In this document: one piece after another, positions 28,219-38,181 of the stretch | Layout of the letters: each line of letters opens with the position of its first letter | Numbering within the stretch: the first letter of the stretch is position 1 | Source of the DNA: an uncultured Gammaproteobacteria bacterium | GTDB lineage: Bacteria > Patescibacteriota > Patescibacteriia > Magasanikbacterales > GWA2-37-8 | DNA: 64,000 bases | Direction of reading: 5' to 3' | Assembly (NCBI GenBank): GCA_964596525.1 | Contig: CAZQUL010000001.1 | Span: forward strand, 460,830 to 524,829 | Notes under the pieces: model-generated | Seen by the model: the letters and a program-made list of their open reading frames with translations, nothing else | What the model was told of the DNA's origin: nothing | Databases searched by the model: none | Made by a program: the position numbers and the translations under genes

Positions 28219-29136
28219 ATGACCGATAAGCGACGGGAAGAATTAAAAAAATCGATTACGGCAACGCGAGCGTATTATGGTGTGATGAACCTACCGCTCA
28301 CGTATAACGAAGGATATGGTTGGCTTTGGCAGCCGCCCGCAAACGTAACCTTCGAAGAATATCTTGGTTTTTTGCCTGAAGCAGGTTTTAATACCACGTC
28401 GTCTGCTTTTTTAGTAGACGGCGTAACAACACCGGCACAGACCGAGCGTTTGCGTCATCGTGCGGCCGGGTTGATGCGCTTCATCGCGTGGGTGCCGTTT
28501 TTTCGAGCGGCCTTTGTCTGCAATTCGGTGGGTGCCGAACAAGCGCATGTGGGAAGCGATATTGATCTTCTGGTCATTGCGGCGCCGGGGCGGATCTGGA
28601 CCGTACGGTTTTTTCTTAATCTCATAACCCGTGCGCTCGGCATTCGCACCTACCAGCACCAAGAGGCGGGCAAACTCTGTCTATCGTTTTTCGCGGATGC
28701 GGATCACCTGGATTTTTCTTCTCTCCGGCTGCGTGACGATGACGTGCACTTTATTTATTGGCTCAACCAGATGATGCCCGTGTATGACGAAGACAGCTGG
28801 TTTGAGGGTTTTTATGAAGCAAATGCGTGGGTGCGAAATTTTTTGCCACACATGTCGTCGAAACGAGCGCAACATTTTTTACCGCAGCCATATCGTTTTG
28901 GAAAAATTTTACGGGTTTTAAAACGCGGCTTGGAGAAAATATTCGCCGGAAGATGCGGCGCGTGGCTCGAAAATAAACTGGAACGCGTGCAGCGGCGGAT
29001 TCTTTCGCCAGAACTTCTTGCTAAGGCCGACGATCCCAAAAGTGGCGTGGTGATTAGTTCGGGTGTGCTTAAGTTCCATAGCGGCGACACGCGCGAAAAG
29101 ATATACGCGGCGTGGAAAGAGAAAATGGCTGGGTAA
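28219..29136 (+). CDS. Nucleotidyltransferase-domain protein
   Basis: Pol-beta-type NTase motif GSDIDLLVIA. Confidence 0.55.
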   Translation: MTDKRREELKKSITATRAYYGVMNLPLTYNEGYGWLWQPPANVTFEEYLGFLPEAGFNTTSSAFLVDGVTTPAQTERLRHRAAGLMRFIAWVPFFRAAFVCNSVGAEQAHVGSDIDLLVIAAPGRIWTVRFFLNLITRALGIRTYQHQEAGKLCLSFFADADHLDFSSLRLRDDDVHFIYWLNQMMPVYDEDSWFEGFYEANAWVRNFLPHMSSKRAQHFLPQPYRFGKILRVLKRGLEKIFAGRCGAWLENKLERVQRRILSPELLAKADDPKSGVVISSGVLKFHSGDTREKIYAAWKEKMAG

Positions 29137-29140
29137 GCGA

Positions 29141-29240
29141 TTCGTCATTGCGAGCGTAGCGAAGCAATCCCCTGGCAATACAGAGCCGCTCTACTATCAA
29201 GGGGATTGCTTTGTCGCTGCGCTCCTCGCAATGACGGTGC
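29141..29240 (+). repeat. Nested-palindromic intergenic element, copy 1 of the GTCATTGCGAG family
   Basis: tcGTCATTGCGAGcgtagcGAAGCAATCCCC...ctctactatcaaGGGGATTGCTTtg...CTCGCAATGACgg. Starts 5 nt after the stop of the NTase gene. Confidence 0.85.
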
Positions 29241-29352
29241 TCTTAGGAAAGCAAAAAACCAGCTTGGATGAGCTGGTTTTTCCGCTACCTCGTAGCTTCG
29301 TAAAAGACACGAGGTAGGGGGCGAGGGCGACCGAAGTCGCGCCTCGCCGGGG

Positions 29353-29550
29353 TTAACGGCGCACCGTCCGGTAGGTTATGACGCCGAGGAGGAGGGCGAT
29401 GAGAATGGTGGCGGCAAGGCAGAACACCGCCGTGTCACTGAGCGGCACGTGCGGAAATCTCTCAAAATCCTCCGGATGGGTGATGAAGGTTGTGAGGCTG
29501 CCGAAGATGCCGATAAAGAACGCAACCAGGACTGCAGCGATGAATGCCAT
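29353..29550 (-). CDS. Small 2-TM membrane protein (65 aa)
   Basis: GGAGG SD, two hydrophobic helices, and a family promoter upstream. Confidence 0.6.
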   Translation of the reverse strand: MAFIAAVLVAFFIGIFGSLTTFITHPEDFERFPHVPLSDTAVFCLAATILIALLLGVITYRTVRR

Positions 29551-29644
29551 GGTGTGTGCCTCCGAATATTTGGGGAAATGAGCGTATCAAACGCGAAGTT
29601 TTCGCGGCTGGTACGGTCATTCCATCGTGCGTATTTAACAAATA

Positions 29645-29673
29645 ACTATACCATAAAAACGGGGTTTTGTCAA
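29645..29673 (-). promoter_or_regulatory. Promoter cTTGACAaaa-17-TGgTATAGT (minus strand)
   Basis: Reverse complement of actata...tgtcaa; 17-nt spacer with an extended -10 TG. Confidence 0.6.
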
Positions 29674-29695
29674 GCATCTTTAATCGCTAGATATT

Positions 29696-29728
29696 AAAAA
29701 TGCACTCTTTAATAAAGAGTGCATTTTT
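29696..29728. terminator. Bidirectional intrinsic terminator
   Basis: aaaaa-tgcactcttta-a-taaagagtgca-ttttt, a near-perfect 11-bp palindrome. Confidence 0.7.
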
Positions 29729-29829
29729 AGCGCCGTTTCTCGGTAGACTGCTTTTGAAAAGTACTTGGTACTTGGCAAAAGAAGGGGGTCTACCGAGAAG
29801 GGGTGGTAGAAAGGGAGGGTGAAAAGGTG

Positions 29830-30441
29830 CTACTGGGTGGAGAAGGTCAGGAGCGGGCCTGTGGCGAAGGGCTTATCGGAAGGGCTGGACATCAGCGTCC
29901 ACGACCCTCCGGACTGTGTGCGGTACTTGGCGTTGACCAGGTCGACGCGAAGCGTTTCCTGGGCGTATGAGCCGTCATTGAGGCGCAGGTCCCCCATGAC
30001 GAGCCCAAACTCTGCGGTTTCGCCGGGGTACAACCCTACCCCGAAGTTTGTCTCACCGTTGACGAAGTAGCCGCGGCCACCATTCGGATCCCCGGTGTCG
30101 CCGGCAAAAGCGCCGTTCTGTCTCATGATCCTCCGGATCGAGAAGGAGTTCTCGGTCCGCTCGGCCAGGCTGCCGCTCACCTTGTAGATGAGTCCCAGCT
30201 GCACGCCGGGCTTCGCGTCGCACGACGTGGCCGGCGGAATGGTGATGCGTACCGTATTGACCCCGGCCAGGTCGTGGTAGATGACGTCTTTGGTGCCCAG
30301 GGTCTCGACGTGCTCGAGGATGGGCTGGCAGTTCGGGACGCCGGGAGCGATGTAGGTGTCGGTGGTGTCGCTCTCGGGCAGGCCGCAGGCGTTGGTGGTC
30401 AGGGCGAGAAAGGCCAGGGCGAACAGCGAATTCGTGCGCAT
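29830..30441 (-). CDS. Secreted hypothetical protein (203 aa)
   Basis: Signal peptide MRTNSLFALAFLALTTNACG. GGAGG SD. Family promoter upstream. Confidence 0.65.
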   Translation of the reverse strand: MRTNSLFALAFLALTTNACGLPESDTTDTYIAPGVPNCQPILEHVETLGTKDVIYHDLAGVNTVRITIPPATSCDAKPGVQLGLIYKVSGSLAERTENSFSIRRIMRQNGAFAGDTGDPNGGRGYFVNGETNFGVGLYPGETAEFGLVMGDLRLNDGSYAQETLRVDLVNAKYRTQSGGSWTLMSSPSDKPFATGPLLTFSTQ

Positions 30442-30507
30442 GGTCGGTTCCTCCAGGGATGCGGTTTGTCGATGATCCGGCGCTAATCTTAGCGCTTTCT
30501 GTGTATA

Positions 30508-30536
30508 AGTATACCATATTTTGATGCTTTTGTCAA
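30508..30536 (-). promoter_or_regulatory. Promoter cTTGACAaaa-17-TGgTATACT (minus strand)
   Basis: Shares the 15-mer ttttgtcaagatatg with the promoter at 62048..62076. Confidence 0.6.
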
Positions 30537-30574
30537 GATATGCACGCAGTAGTCTAAAACTGGTTTTTGATATG

Positions 30575-30597
30575 AAAAAAGCGGCCGAAAAGGCCGC
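30575..30597 (-). terminator. Intrinsic terminator (gcggcc-gaaaa-ggccgc) with a minus-strand T-run
   Basis: Perfect 6-bp GC stem adjacent to the stop of the 60-aa ORF. Confidence 0.6.
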
Positions 30598-30780
30598 CTA
30601 GCTGCGTCGCCGTACCAGGCGATGGTGAAAGAAGGTGTAGAGGGCAAACAGGGCGGCGAGCGGGTAGCCGATATAGGGAAAAAGCGGATGTGTGATGATG
30701 CCGTCGGAGCGGAGCGTGCCAACGGTGCCGCCCGTAAAGGCGCCGACTAGGAGAGCGGTACAAATCCGGATAAGGAGCAT
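30598..30780 (-). CDS. Small membrane protein (60 aa)
   Basis: Hydrophobic LLIRICTALLVGAFTGG... with a terminator immediately downstream. Confidence 0.5.
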   Translation of the reverse strand: MLLIRICTALLVGAFTGGTVGTLRSDGIITHPLFPYIGYPLAALFALYTFFHHRLVRRRS

Positions 30781-30892
30781 GGTTCAAAACCTCGCGTGGT
30801 TGTGGTTATCGGGAAGCTCGTTTACTATACTGAGACCGCACCAAAAAGAAAAGCCGCGTCGTGAGACGGGCTCTGGTGGCACTTGTGCTTGA

Positions 30893-31210
30893 TCAGGCGG
30901 GGTAGTTCAGGCTGGGTCGCGCGTCGTCGAAGCGGCAGTGCAGCGTCTTGGGTGGGCGACGGCCGGGTCTCTTCGTTAGATCGGTCTCGATGTCCTCGAG
31001 ATCGACGGCATATTTATCTGCGGCCAGTCGATCGTCGAGCCACGAGAAGAAATCGCGCGGGTCTTTGCCTGCATCAACGGCGGGCTGGAGTTCCTCCTTA
31101 TGCCATTCTTCGTACAGCAGGATCTCTCTCCATACGAAAGGCCATTCCCACGGCCGTTCCGGGAGTTCGACGCTCGATGGGTGCGCGAGAGATATTAGGA
31201 AATAGCACAT
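30893..31210 (-). CDS. Hypothetical protein (105 aa)
   Basis: ORF with a weak SD. No recognisable domain. Confidence 0.4.
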   Translation of the reverse strand: MCYFLISLAHPSSVELPERPWEWPFVWREILLYEEWHKEELQPAVDAGKDPRDFFSWLDDRLAADKYAVDLEDIETDLTKRPGRRPPKTLHCRFDDARPSLNYPA

Positions 31211-31282
31211 GTTTTATTTTCCTCGTTTTTGGTTACAGAGCGTATGAAACACGACGAGTAACTAAACAAGGTACCACATAGT

Positions 31283-32617
31283 ATGCTCAAAGTCAAGCCT
31301 ATCATTTTTATTACTATTCCGACTCTCCTAGTCATCTTATTTTTTTCGCTGCCGTGGCAAACACGGTATATTTTTTCATACGGTACCATCGGTGAGTATC
31401 CGGTCGAATGGCTCACGAGGAGCGTGTACGGAACCGAACTGTTGGGATGGTTGATCGTTATCGGTACGATTGTTGTGCATCGGAATCGGTTGTGTAGTTT
31501 GGTGAGGAGCGTCATTCATCAGTGTAGAAATTTGTGGTTGGGCGTGATAAGCGCGTTGAGCGTGGCCGCAGCTTGTTTGTTCAGTTCATCGTTTGGTCTG
31601 AGCGTTTGGTACGTGGCACGTTTTGTTCTCGTAATTGGAATTATTGCGAGCGTGTATTTTTTTTCCGAAAAAAAGGTCTGGTTCTACCGTGCATTTTTTG
31701 CGAGCGGGGTAGTGCAGGGTATCGTGGCGATCATTCAGTTTTTTACGCAGCAAGTGTGGGCTTCGAAGTGGCTCGGTATGGCCGAGCAGCTACCTTCGAC
31801 GCTCGGTACGGCAGTGATCGAGAATGCAGATGGTCGCTGGCTTAGGGCCTATGGTTCGTTCGGCTGGCCGAACGCGCTTGGTATCTATGTGGCGTTTGTT
31901 CTGATTATAGGATTTATCCTCTTGTCGCAATCCCGCCAAACCCGGCATCGTCTGCTGATCGTTGCGGGCGAGATGATCGTTGCAACGGGGCTTTTTCTCT
32001 CGTTTTCGCGCGGGGCATGGGTAGCGGCCGTAGCGGGAGTCGGGTTGTTTTTTATTGTCCGGTGCCGACAAGAATCGTGGCGCTCCGTTGTGCAAAATTA
32101 TGCGGCAGTAAGCGGAGGAATACTTTTAGTATTCATCGGTTTTTTTGTCGTTAACAAGCCGCTGCTCATCACGCGCTTTACGGCTACAAATAGACTCGAA
32201 AGTCGATCGCTCGCGGAGCGATCTAGCCAATATAAAGAGGCGTTTACTTTGTTTAGGAAACACCCGTGGTTTGGTGTCGGGCCGGGAGCGTACATCGTTG
32301 CTTCCCATGACCGATGGTTCACGGTGGCGCCGCAACCGGTACATAACATATTTGTTTTGTTGTTGGTTGAGTGGGGGGCCGTTCCGTTGGTTTGTGCAGT
32401 ATCTGTAATTTTTAAAAAGGCCTGGCCGTACCGAAAAAAAATTGTACACATCCTTCCGTTTATGGCGGTTGGAGTTGTGGCCGGACTCTTCGATCATTGG
32501 CTTGTGAGTTTGTATAGCGGTCTTGTGACGAGTGCTGCAGTAATCGCGTTTATGCTTCTAGAATTAAAAGAGCCTCGCGAAAAACGCGAGGACTCGGGAG
32601 GGGGTGGCTGGCGTTAA
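31283..32617 (+). CDS. O-antigen ligase / Wzy_C-family polytopic membrane protein
   Basis: About 10-12 TM helices. Signature FSRGAW within the periplasmic loop. Confidence 0.72.
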   Translation: MLKVKPIIFITIPTLLVILFFSLPWQTRYIFSYGTIGEYPVEWLTRSVYGTELLGWLIVIGTIVVHRNRLCSLVRSVIHQCRNLWLGVISALSVAAACLFSSSFGLSVWYVARFVLVIGIIASVYFFSEKKVWFYRAFFASGVVQGIVAIIQFFTQQVWASKWLGMAEQLPSTLGTAVIENADGRWLRAYGSFGWPNALGIYVAFVLIIGFILLSQSRQTRHRLLIVAGEMIVATGLFLSFSRGAWVAAVAGVGLFFIVRCRQESWRSVVQNYAAVSGGILLVFIGFFVVNKPLLITRFTATNRLESRSLAERSSQYKEAFTLFRKHPWFGVGPGAYIVASHDRWFTVAPQPVHNIFVLLLVEWGAVPLVCAVSVIFKKAWPYRKKIVHILPFMAVGVVAGLFDHWLVSLYSGLVTSAAVIAFMLLELKEPREKREDSGGGGWR

Positions 32618-32988
32618 GGTGCCGGGCCGCAGAACAGTTCGGCGGTGCGCGGTGGCGGAAGCTTGTCGGGGTTGGAAAAGTTACCGCCGTTGCAGAGATA
32701 GCTCGCTTCGGCGAGCACGCTCTGGCCGCGCCGGCAGCTCAGGTAGCCGCGCTCACTGTCGCTGCTACTTACGCTCGCGGCTGCCCGCACATTATCTTCG
32801 GCGTTTTTGGCGTACAATCGGCAGTCCAGCTTGGCTGATGTGCCGATTGCGATCGCCTGCGGCGAGTCTTCGCCAGCGATGACGGGTGGCAGGAACCAGG
32901 TGAGGCTCGCGGCCACGATGCCGATAGAAAGAGCTTCGGCAAGCTTGAGGTGCGAATGAATCCGGGTAGTGAGTGAGCGGTTGCGCAT
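32614..32988 (-). CDS. Secreted hypothetical protein (124 aa)
   Basis: N-terminal hydrophobic segment. Convergent 4-nt overlap with the ligase-like gene. Confidence 0.45.
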   Translation of the reverse strand: MRNRSLTTRIHSHLKLAEALSIGIVAASLTWFLPPVIAGEDSPQAIAIGTSAKLDCRLYAKNAEDNVRAAASVSSSDSERGYLSCRRGQSVLAEASYLCNGGNFSNPDKLPPPRTAELFCGPAP

Positions 32989-32999
32989 GACTCTCCTTC

Positions 33000-33521
33000 T
33001 TACATTTCCATGGCGATGAACTCAAGATACCGGCTATCGATCCGGTTTTGCACCAGATCGGCATCCGTTGTGCTGAGAGAAATGAACGGGATGCGTCCGT
33101 AGAGCGCTTTCTCGCCGTGCGCTTCAAGCGGAATGCAGAACAGTTCATGCGCAAAGCTCCCTTTGCGGTAGGCGAGTTTGGTTCCCCAGGGGCAGTCAAC
33201 CGCGATCTTGAATGACGGTCCGGCGCCGAACCATTGGATGTATGCTTCGGCGTATTTGAGAGGGCCGTTTGTTCGGAAAATGCGCGAATTGTGCAGGATC
33301 GGCAGTCCGATCGGCGGTTTTTCGGCCAAGGTTCTGGGTGGTGTCACCGTCTGCGCATCCAGATCCTCAGTCGGTACGAATTCCTCGAGCTTGGCAAAGT
33401 CGTGAATTTTGGTGCTAAACGGCTCCACCATGCCAATCGGCAGGGGTGGCAGCGGGCGCTGGGTAGTTACGCACCCGGTCAGCACGGTAAGGCTGAAAAG
33501 AGCGGTTTTCAATCGATACAT
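33000..33521 (-). CDS. Lipoprotein
   Basis: Start at MYRLK has an AAGGAGG SD. Lipobox LTVLTGC. Confidence 0.65.
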   Translation of the reverse strand: MYRLKTALFSLTVLTGCVTTQRPLPPLPIGMVEPFSTKIHDFAKLEEFVPTEDLDAQTVTPPRTLAEKPPIGLPILHNSRIFRTNGPLKYAEAYIQWFGAGPSFKIAVDCPWGTKLAYRKGSFAHELFCIPLEAHGEKALYGRIPFISLSTTDADLVQNRIDSRYLEFIAMEM

Positions 33522-33656
33522 GGGCAGGTACCTCCTTGGGTTAACTAGCATGCTGGCATACTTATGCACAGTTGTCAATATTATGACGGGATAACTGATA
33601 AACGATGGGGATAACGTTATACACAGCAGTGTGGATAAGGCGGGGAAAAGTTTTTC

Positions 33657-33685
33657 TTGACACTATCGCGTGGTTGGTTAGAATG
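33657..33685 (+). promoter_or_regulatory. groESL sigma70 promoter cTTGACA-16-TAGAAT
   Basis: The -35/-10 boxes lie immediately upstream of the CIRCE-like inverted repeat. Confidence 0.7.
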
Positions 33686-33693
33686 GGGATAAA

Positions 33694-33720
33694 TTATCAC
33701 TCGAAATGCATGAGTGATAA
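33694..33720 (+). promoter_or_regulatory. CIRCE-like HrcA operator TTATCACTC-N9-GAGTGATAA
   Basis: 9-bp perfect inverted repeat with a 9-nt spacer. It matches the CIRCE consensus TTAGCACTC-N9-GAGTGCTAA at 7 of 9 positions per arm. Sits between the promoter and groES. Confidence 0.6.
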
Positions 33721-33747
33721 ATCATGGATTGATCTAGTTGTTGGGTA

Positions 33748-33773
33748 TTAGGAATTAGCACTTTAATTCCTAA
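33748..33773 (+). promoter_or_regulatory. Second inverted repeat in the groES leader (ttaggaatta-gcactt-taattcctaa)
   Basis: 10-bp stem. Contains the CIRCE half-site ttagcact. Followed by the tandem taattactaatatc x2. Confidence 0.4.
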
Positions 33774-33805
33774 TTACTAATATCTAATTACTAATATCTA
33801 GGATT

Positions 33806-34096
33806 ATGCCCACCATCCGTCCCTTGGGTAACCGCGCGCTCGTGGAACCCGTCCAGGAAGAAGAAGTAACCTCGTTCGGGATCGTGCTCCCGGAAACCGC
33901 CGGCAAAGAAAAGAAAGGCCAGGGTAAAATTTTGGCCCTTGGTAATGGTGAAGATCTTGCCAAGCTCAACCTCAAGATCGGCGACATGGTCGTCTACGAA
34001 AAGTGGGGTGGCGAGGAAGTGAAGATGGGGAAGGGGAAAGAAGAGAAGGAATATAAAGTGTTGAATCACGATAAGATTTTGGCGGTCGTTGAATAA
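33806..34096 (+). CDS. groES: Co-chaperonin GroES
   Basis: MPTIRPLGNRALVEPVQEEEVTSFGIVLPETAGKEKKGQGKILALG... 96 aa. Confidence 0.95.
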   Translation: MPTIRPLGNRALVEPVQEEEVTSFGIVLPETAGKEKKGQGKILALGNGEDLAKLNLKIGDMVVYEKWGGEEVKMGKGKEEKEYKVLNHDKILAVVE

Positions 34097-34104
34097 CATC
34101 ATGT

Positions 34105-35881
<1,777 letters not shown>

Positions 35882-36015
35882 GGTGTAGGTCGTAGGTGCG
35901 TGGGAAGTAGAATTTAGATATATCTGCGCATTCCGTTTCCAGGTACATCAAAAAGCAGAAAGAGTTCTCGTTGTGAGAGCTCTTTTTGTTTTGTAGTTAG
36001 CGGGTCTCCTAAACA

Positions 36016-36142
36016 CCGTCATTGCGAGGAACGAGGCACGAGCGACGAAGCAATCCCTCGGTAACTCAGAGTCCGCTCTGATATCAAGGGGATTGCTTTC
36101 CCGATCTAATCGGGACGGGCTGTCGTTCCTCCTCGCAATGAC
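36016..36142 (+). repeat. Nested-palindromic element, copy 3, with a 29-bp internal insertion
   Basis: ccGTCATTGCGAGgaacgaggcacgagcgacGAAGCAATCCCtc...ctctgatatcaaGGGGATTGCTTtc[ccgatctaatcgggacgggctgtcgtt]CCTCCTCGCAATGACaa. Confidence 0.85.
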
Positions 36143-36216
36143 AAGCTTTTTGAGTTCGTATGTGCTTCTATTGACGTGATATTATATTTTGGTTTACAAC
36201 CAGGGCGGAGGTAAAC

Positions 36217-36672
36217 ATGAGAAAGAGGTTGGTAGGTATTATGTGTGGTTTGGCTTTGATCGTTACCGTACCGTTCGTACATGCGGTTGCGCCGGAACGA
36301 CTCCCGGCCAACGCGGTAACGTTGGCGTTGACCAAGCCGCCAACTAAGCTGCCAAATTTTTCCGCCGCGGTTGATCGTTGGCCGCAGGAATCGGTGTGGA
36401 AGCTCTGTCCGCCAGGGCATATCATCGCGGCGTATAACGTGGGTCGACAGCGAGTCGATATCCGGGTGGATCGTCCGGCGCCGTCACGGGTATACTTGGC
36501 CTGTGTAGATGATTACACCGGCGTGCTCAATGTCGCCAAAGTTTCGCGCGTGATGTGCCAAGACCGAGAGGCGAACGTATGGGAATACGTGTGGAAGAAT
36601 CGTCCGTCCAAGCGGTCGTGGAGTAAAGAATACGTCTGTTCGGTCGGTAAGCCGCCGCTGGCGGAGTGGTAA
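36217..36672 (+). CDS. Secreted Cys-containing hypothetical protein (151 aa)
   Basis: GGAGG SD. Signal peptide MRKRLVGIMCGLALIVTVPFVHAVA followed by PERLP. Confidence 0.65.
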   Translation: MRKRLVGIMCGLALIVTVPFVHAVAPERLPANAVTLALTKPPTKLPNFSAAVDRWPQESVWKLCPPGHIIAAYNVGRQRVDIRVDRPAPSRVYLACVDDYTGVLNVAKVSRVMCQDREANVWEYVWKNRPSKRSWSKEYVCSVGKPPLAEW

Positions 36673-36767
36673 ATAGGGTTACTCAGTGCTTTATCCCGCG
36701 CTAGTATTGACAAAGTAGCCGAGGCATGTCTTCTTAATATGCGCCACTACAAGGCGAGGTGCCGTAC

Positions 36768-37274
36768 ATGAACTTTTACAGAGCCCTGAAGATTGCGGTC
36801 ATGGGTGGGTTTCTGGCGCTCTTTGGCGGCGGGGCCGTTTCTCTGGCCAAGCCGAGCGGGCGAGAGCGGCTGCCGAAAGCAATCCTGCTCATCCCTGGTG
36901 ACCCAATTTTTTCGACCTTCACCCATGTGTGCCGGCGTTTCAGCTATTCCATTCCCTTCGTGGGCCCGGATGAGCGCCCGGACTACGGACCGATTTACCC
37001 TGGCCCACACCACACCATGGTGCGCTGCGGCGCGGATGAGAACATTGCCGAATTCTGCTCCCATGCGGTCGAGCGCGGTGAGGACTACGATCCTGACCTG
37101 TGTGGACCCGATTTCGTATCTCGGACTGGCGGCGTACGGATTTTCCCCCAGCTTCCGGCGGCAGACATTCAGTGTGACGGCGTGCTCTTTCGCAACCCGG
37201 AAGTAATCCGTGGCAGGGCGACCCATACCGTCTATGAGTGCCTCCCGTTTCCGGAGATGACCGCGTCGCGTTAG
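36768..37274 (+). CDS. Secreted Cys-containing hypothetical protein (about 168 aa)
   Basis: Signal peptide MNFYRALKIAVMGGFLALFGGGAVSLA followed by RERLP. Preferred over the overlapping minus-strand ORF 36747..37292. Confidence 0.5.
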   Translation: MNFYRALKIAVMGGFLALFGGGAVSLAKPSGRERLPKAILLIPGDPIFSTFTHVCRRFSYSIPFVGPDERPDYGPIYPGPHHTMVRCGADENIAEFCSHAVERGEDYDPDLCGPDFVSRTGGVRIFPQLPAADIQCDGVLFRNPEVIRGRATHTVYECLPFPEMTASR

Positions 37275-37438
37275 TCGACCTGTCGGTTCCAAGCCCTATG
37301 TCCGCATAGGGCTTTTGCAATTTTTAACCTTGTAATTAAGCCATTTTTTACCGAAATGCACTGCTCATATTGACCACCATGCCGTTTATATGGTGTGCTA
37401 ATGCCCAGTTTTCCACCTCTGAAACTGGGAGGTTCGTA

Positions 37439-38071
37439 ATGAGTACAATCGAGATTGGTGAGTTTGAGGCGCTCAAGCGAAGCGTGGGAAATATTGATTT
37501 GATCTTAAGAGGAGAACGGTTTGGTTGCCTGAAGTGCATGGCCATCGCGCATATTGATGTGGTCCGCGATAAGATGGCCGGTGTCAAGAATTTGCAGGAG
37601 GAAACCTGGAATTGCCCGCTGTGCCAGCACGAACTCGCGCGTTTCGGCGTGCCGGAGCTGCGTGGGGTGGGACTCAGCCGCGATCATCTGCTGCGGCTCA
37701 GGCGCCGGCTCCTTCCTGACCAGTCCGTTGTCCAGACGTTCTCCGCCGCTGATTTGGCGGCCGCCCGGCGCGCGATGCGCGAGAATATGCTCGAGGTGCT
37801 TTCGAGCGCCTACGTGGCCTGCTGCCGCTGCCAGATCATTATCAAGGGACGGTCGGTAAATTTTTCTCCCGGCACAGGGCCCAAGAATATCCCTACCGCG
37901 CTATGCCCCGCATGCGAGACTCCGGCCATTCTTCCACCCACCGAGAGTCGAGCGCTCAGCTTCGACCTCGTCGAAGCGCTGCACCAGCGGTTTTTTGTTC
38001 ACCGTCCACCGGTTACGCTGCAAGGGACGTGGAATTACCTGCGCAAATTCTGGAGCTGGCTGCGCGCCTGA
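37439..38071 (+). CDS. Hypothetical protein with two CxxC...CxxC zinc-ribbon-like pairs
   Basis: GGGAGG SD. CLKC...CPLC and CCRC...CPAC. Start chosen at MSTIEIG. Confidence 0.5.
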   Translation: MSTIEIGEFEALKRSVGNIDLILRGERFGCLKCMAIAHIDVVRDKMAGVKNLQEETWNCPLCQHELARFGVPELRGVGLSRDHLLRLRRRLLPDQSVVQTFSAADLAAARRAMRENMLEVLSSAYVACCRCQIIIKGRSVNFSPGTGPKNIPTALCPACETPAILPPTESRALSFDLVEALHQRFFVHRPPVTLQGTWNYLRKFWSWLRA

Positions 38072-38084
38072 AGGAAAGACCTGT

Positions 38085-38116
38085 GGGTCTGGCATATGCC
38101 AGACCCTTTCGTTTTT
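38085..38116 (+). terminator. Intrinsic terminator (gggtctggca-ta-tgccagaccc followed by TTTCGTTTTT)
   Basis: 10-bp perfect stem plus a T-run. Confidence 0.75.
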
Positions 38117-38160
38117 AAAAATTAAAAAAGCGACATACCCCCGAAGGGATGATGTCGCTT
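38117..38160 (-). terminator. Intrinsic terminator for the POT gene (aagcgacat...atgtcgctt) with a minus-strand T-run
   Basis: 9-bp stem. A-run on top, so T-run on the minus strand. Confidence 0.6.
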
Positions 38161-38181
38161 GTGAGCTTTAAGCTCGTCAGA

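Noticed and set aside
28918-29317. ORFs 28918..29178 (-) and 29063..29317 (+) translating as ...GDCFATLAMTN... and ...VIASVAKQSPG...GDCFVAALLAMT...
   Set aside because: They lie entirely on the palindromic repeat (copy 1). The peptide similarity between strands is a consequence of the palindrome, not of coding.
33770-33798. Tandem taattactaatatc x2 upstream of groES, considered as a possible CRISPR or tandem-repeat locus
   Set aside because: Only two 14-bp units with no spacers. It is better explained as part of the groES leader or low-complexity AT-rich DNA.
36747-37292. 181-aa minus-strand ORF overlapping the 36768..37274 secreted protein
   Set aside because: The plus-strand frame has an SD-like GAGGTG and a canonical signal peptide. 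The minus-strand product has no features.
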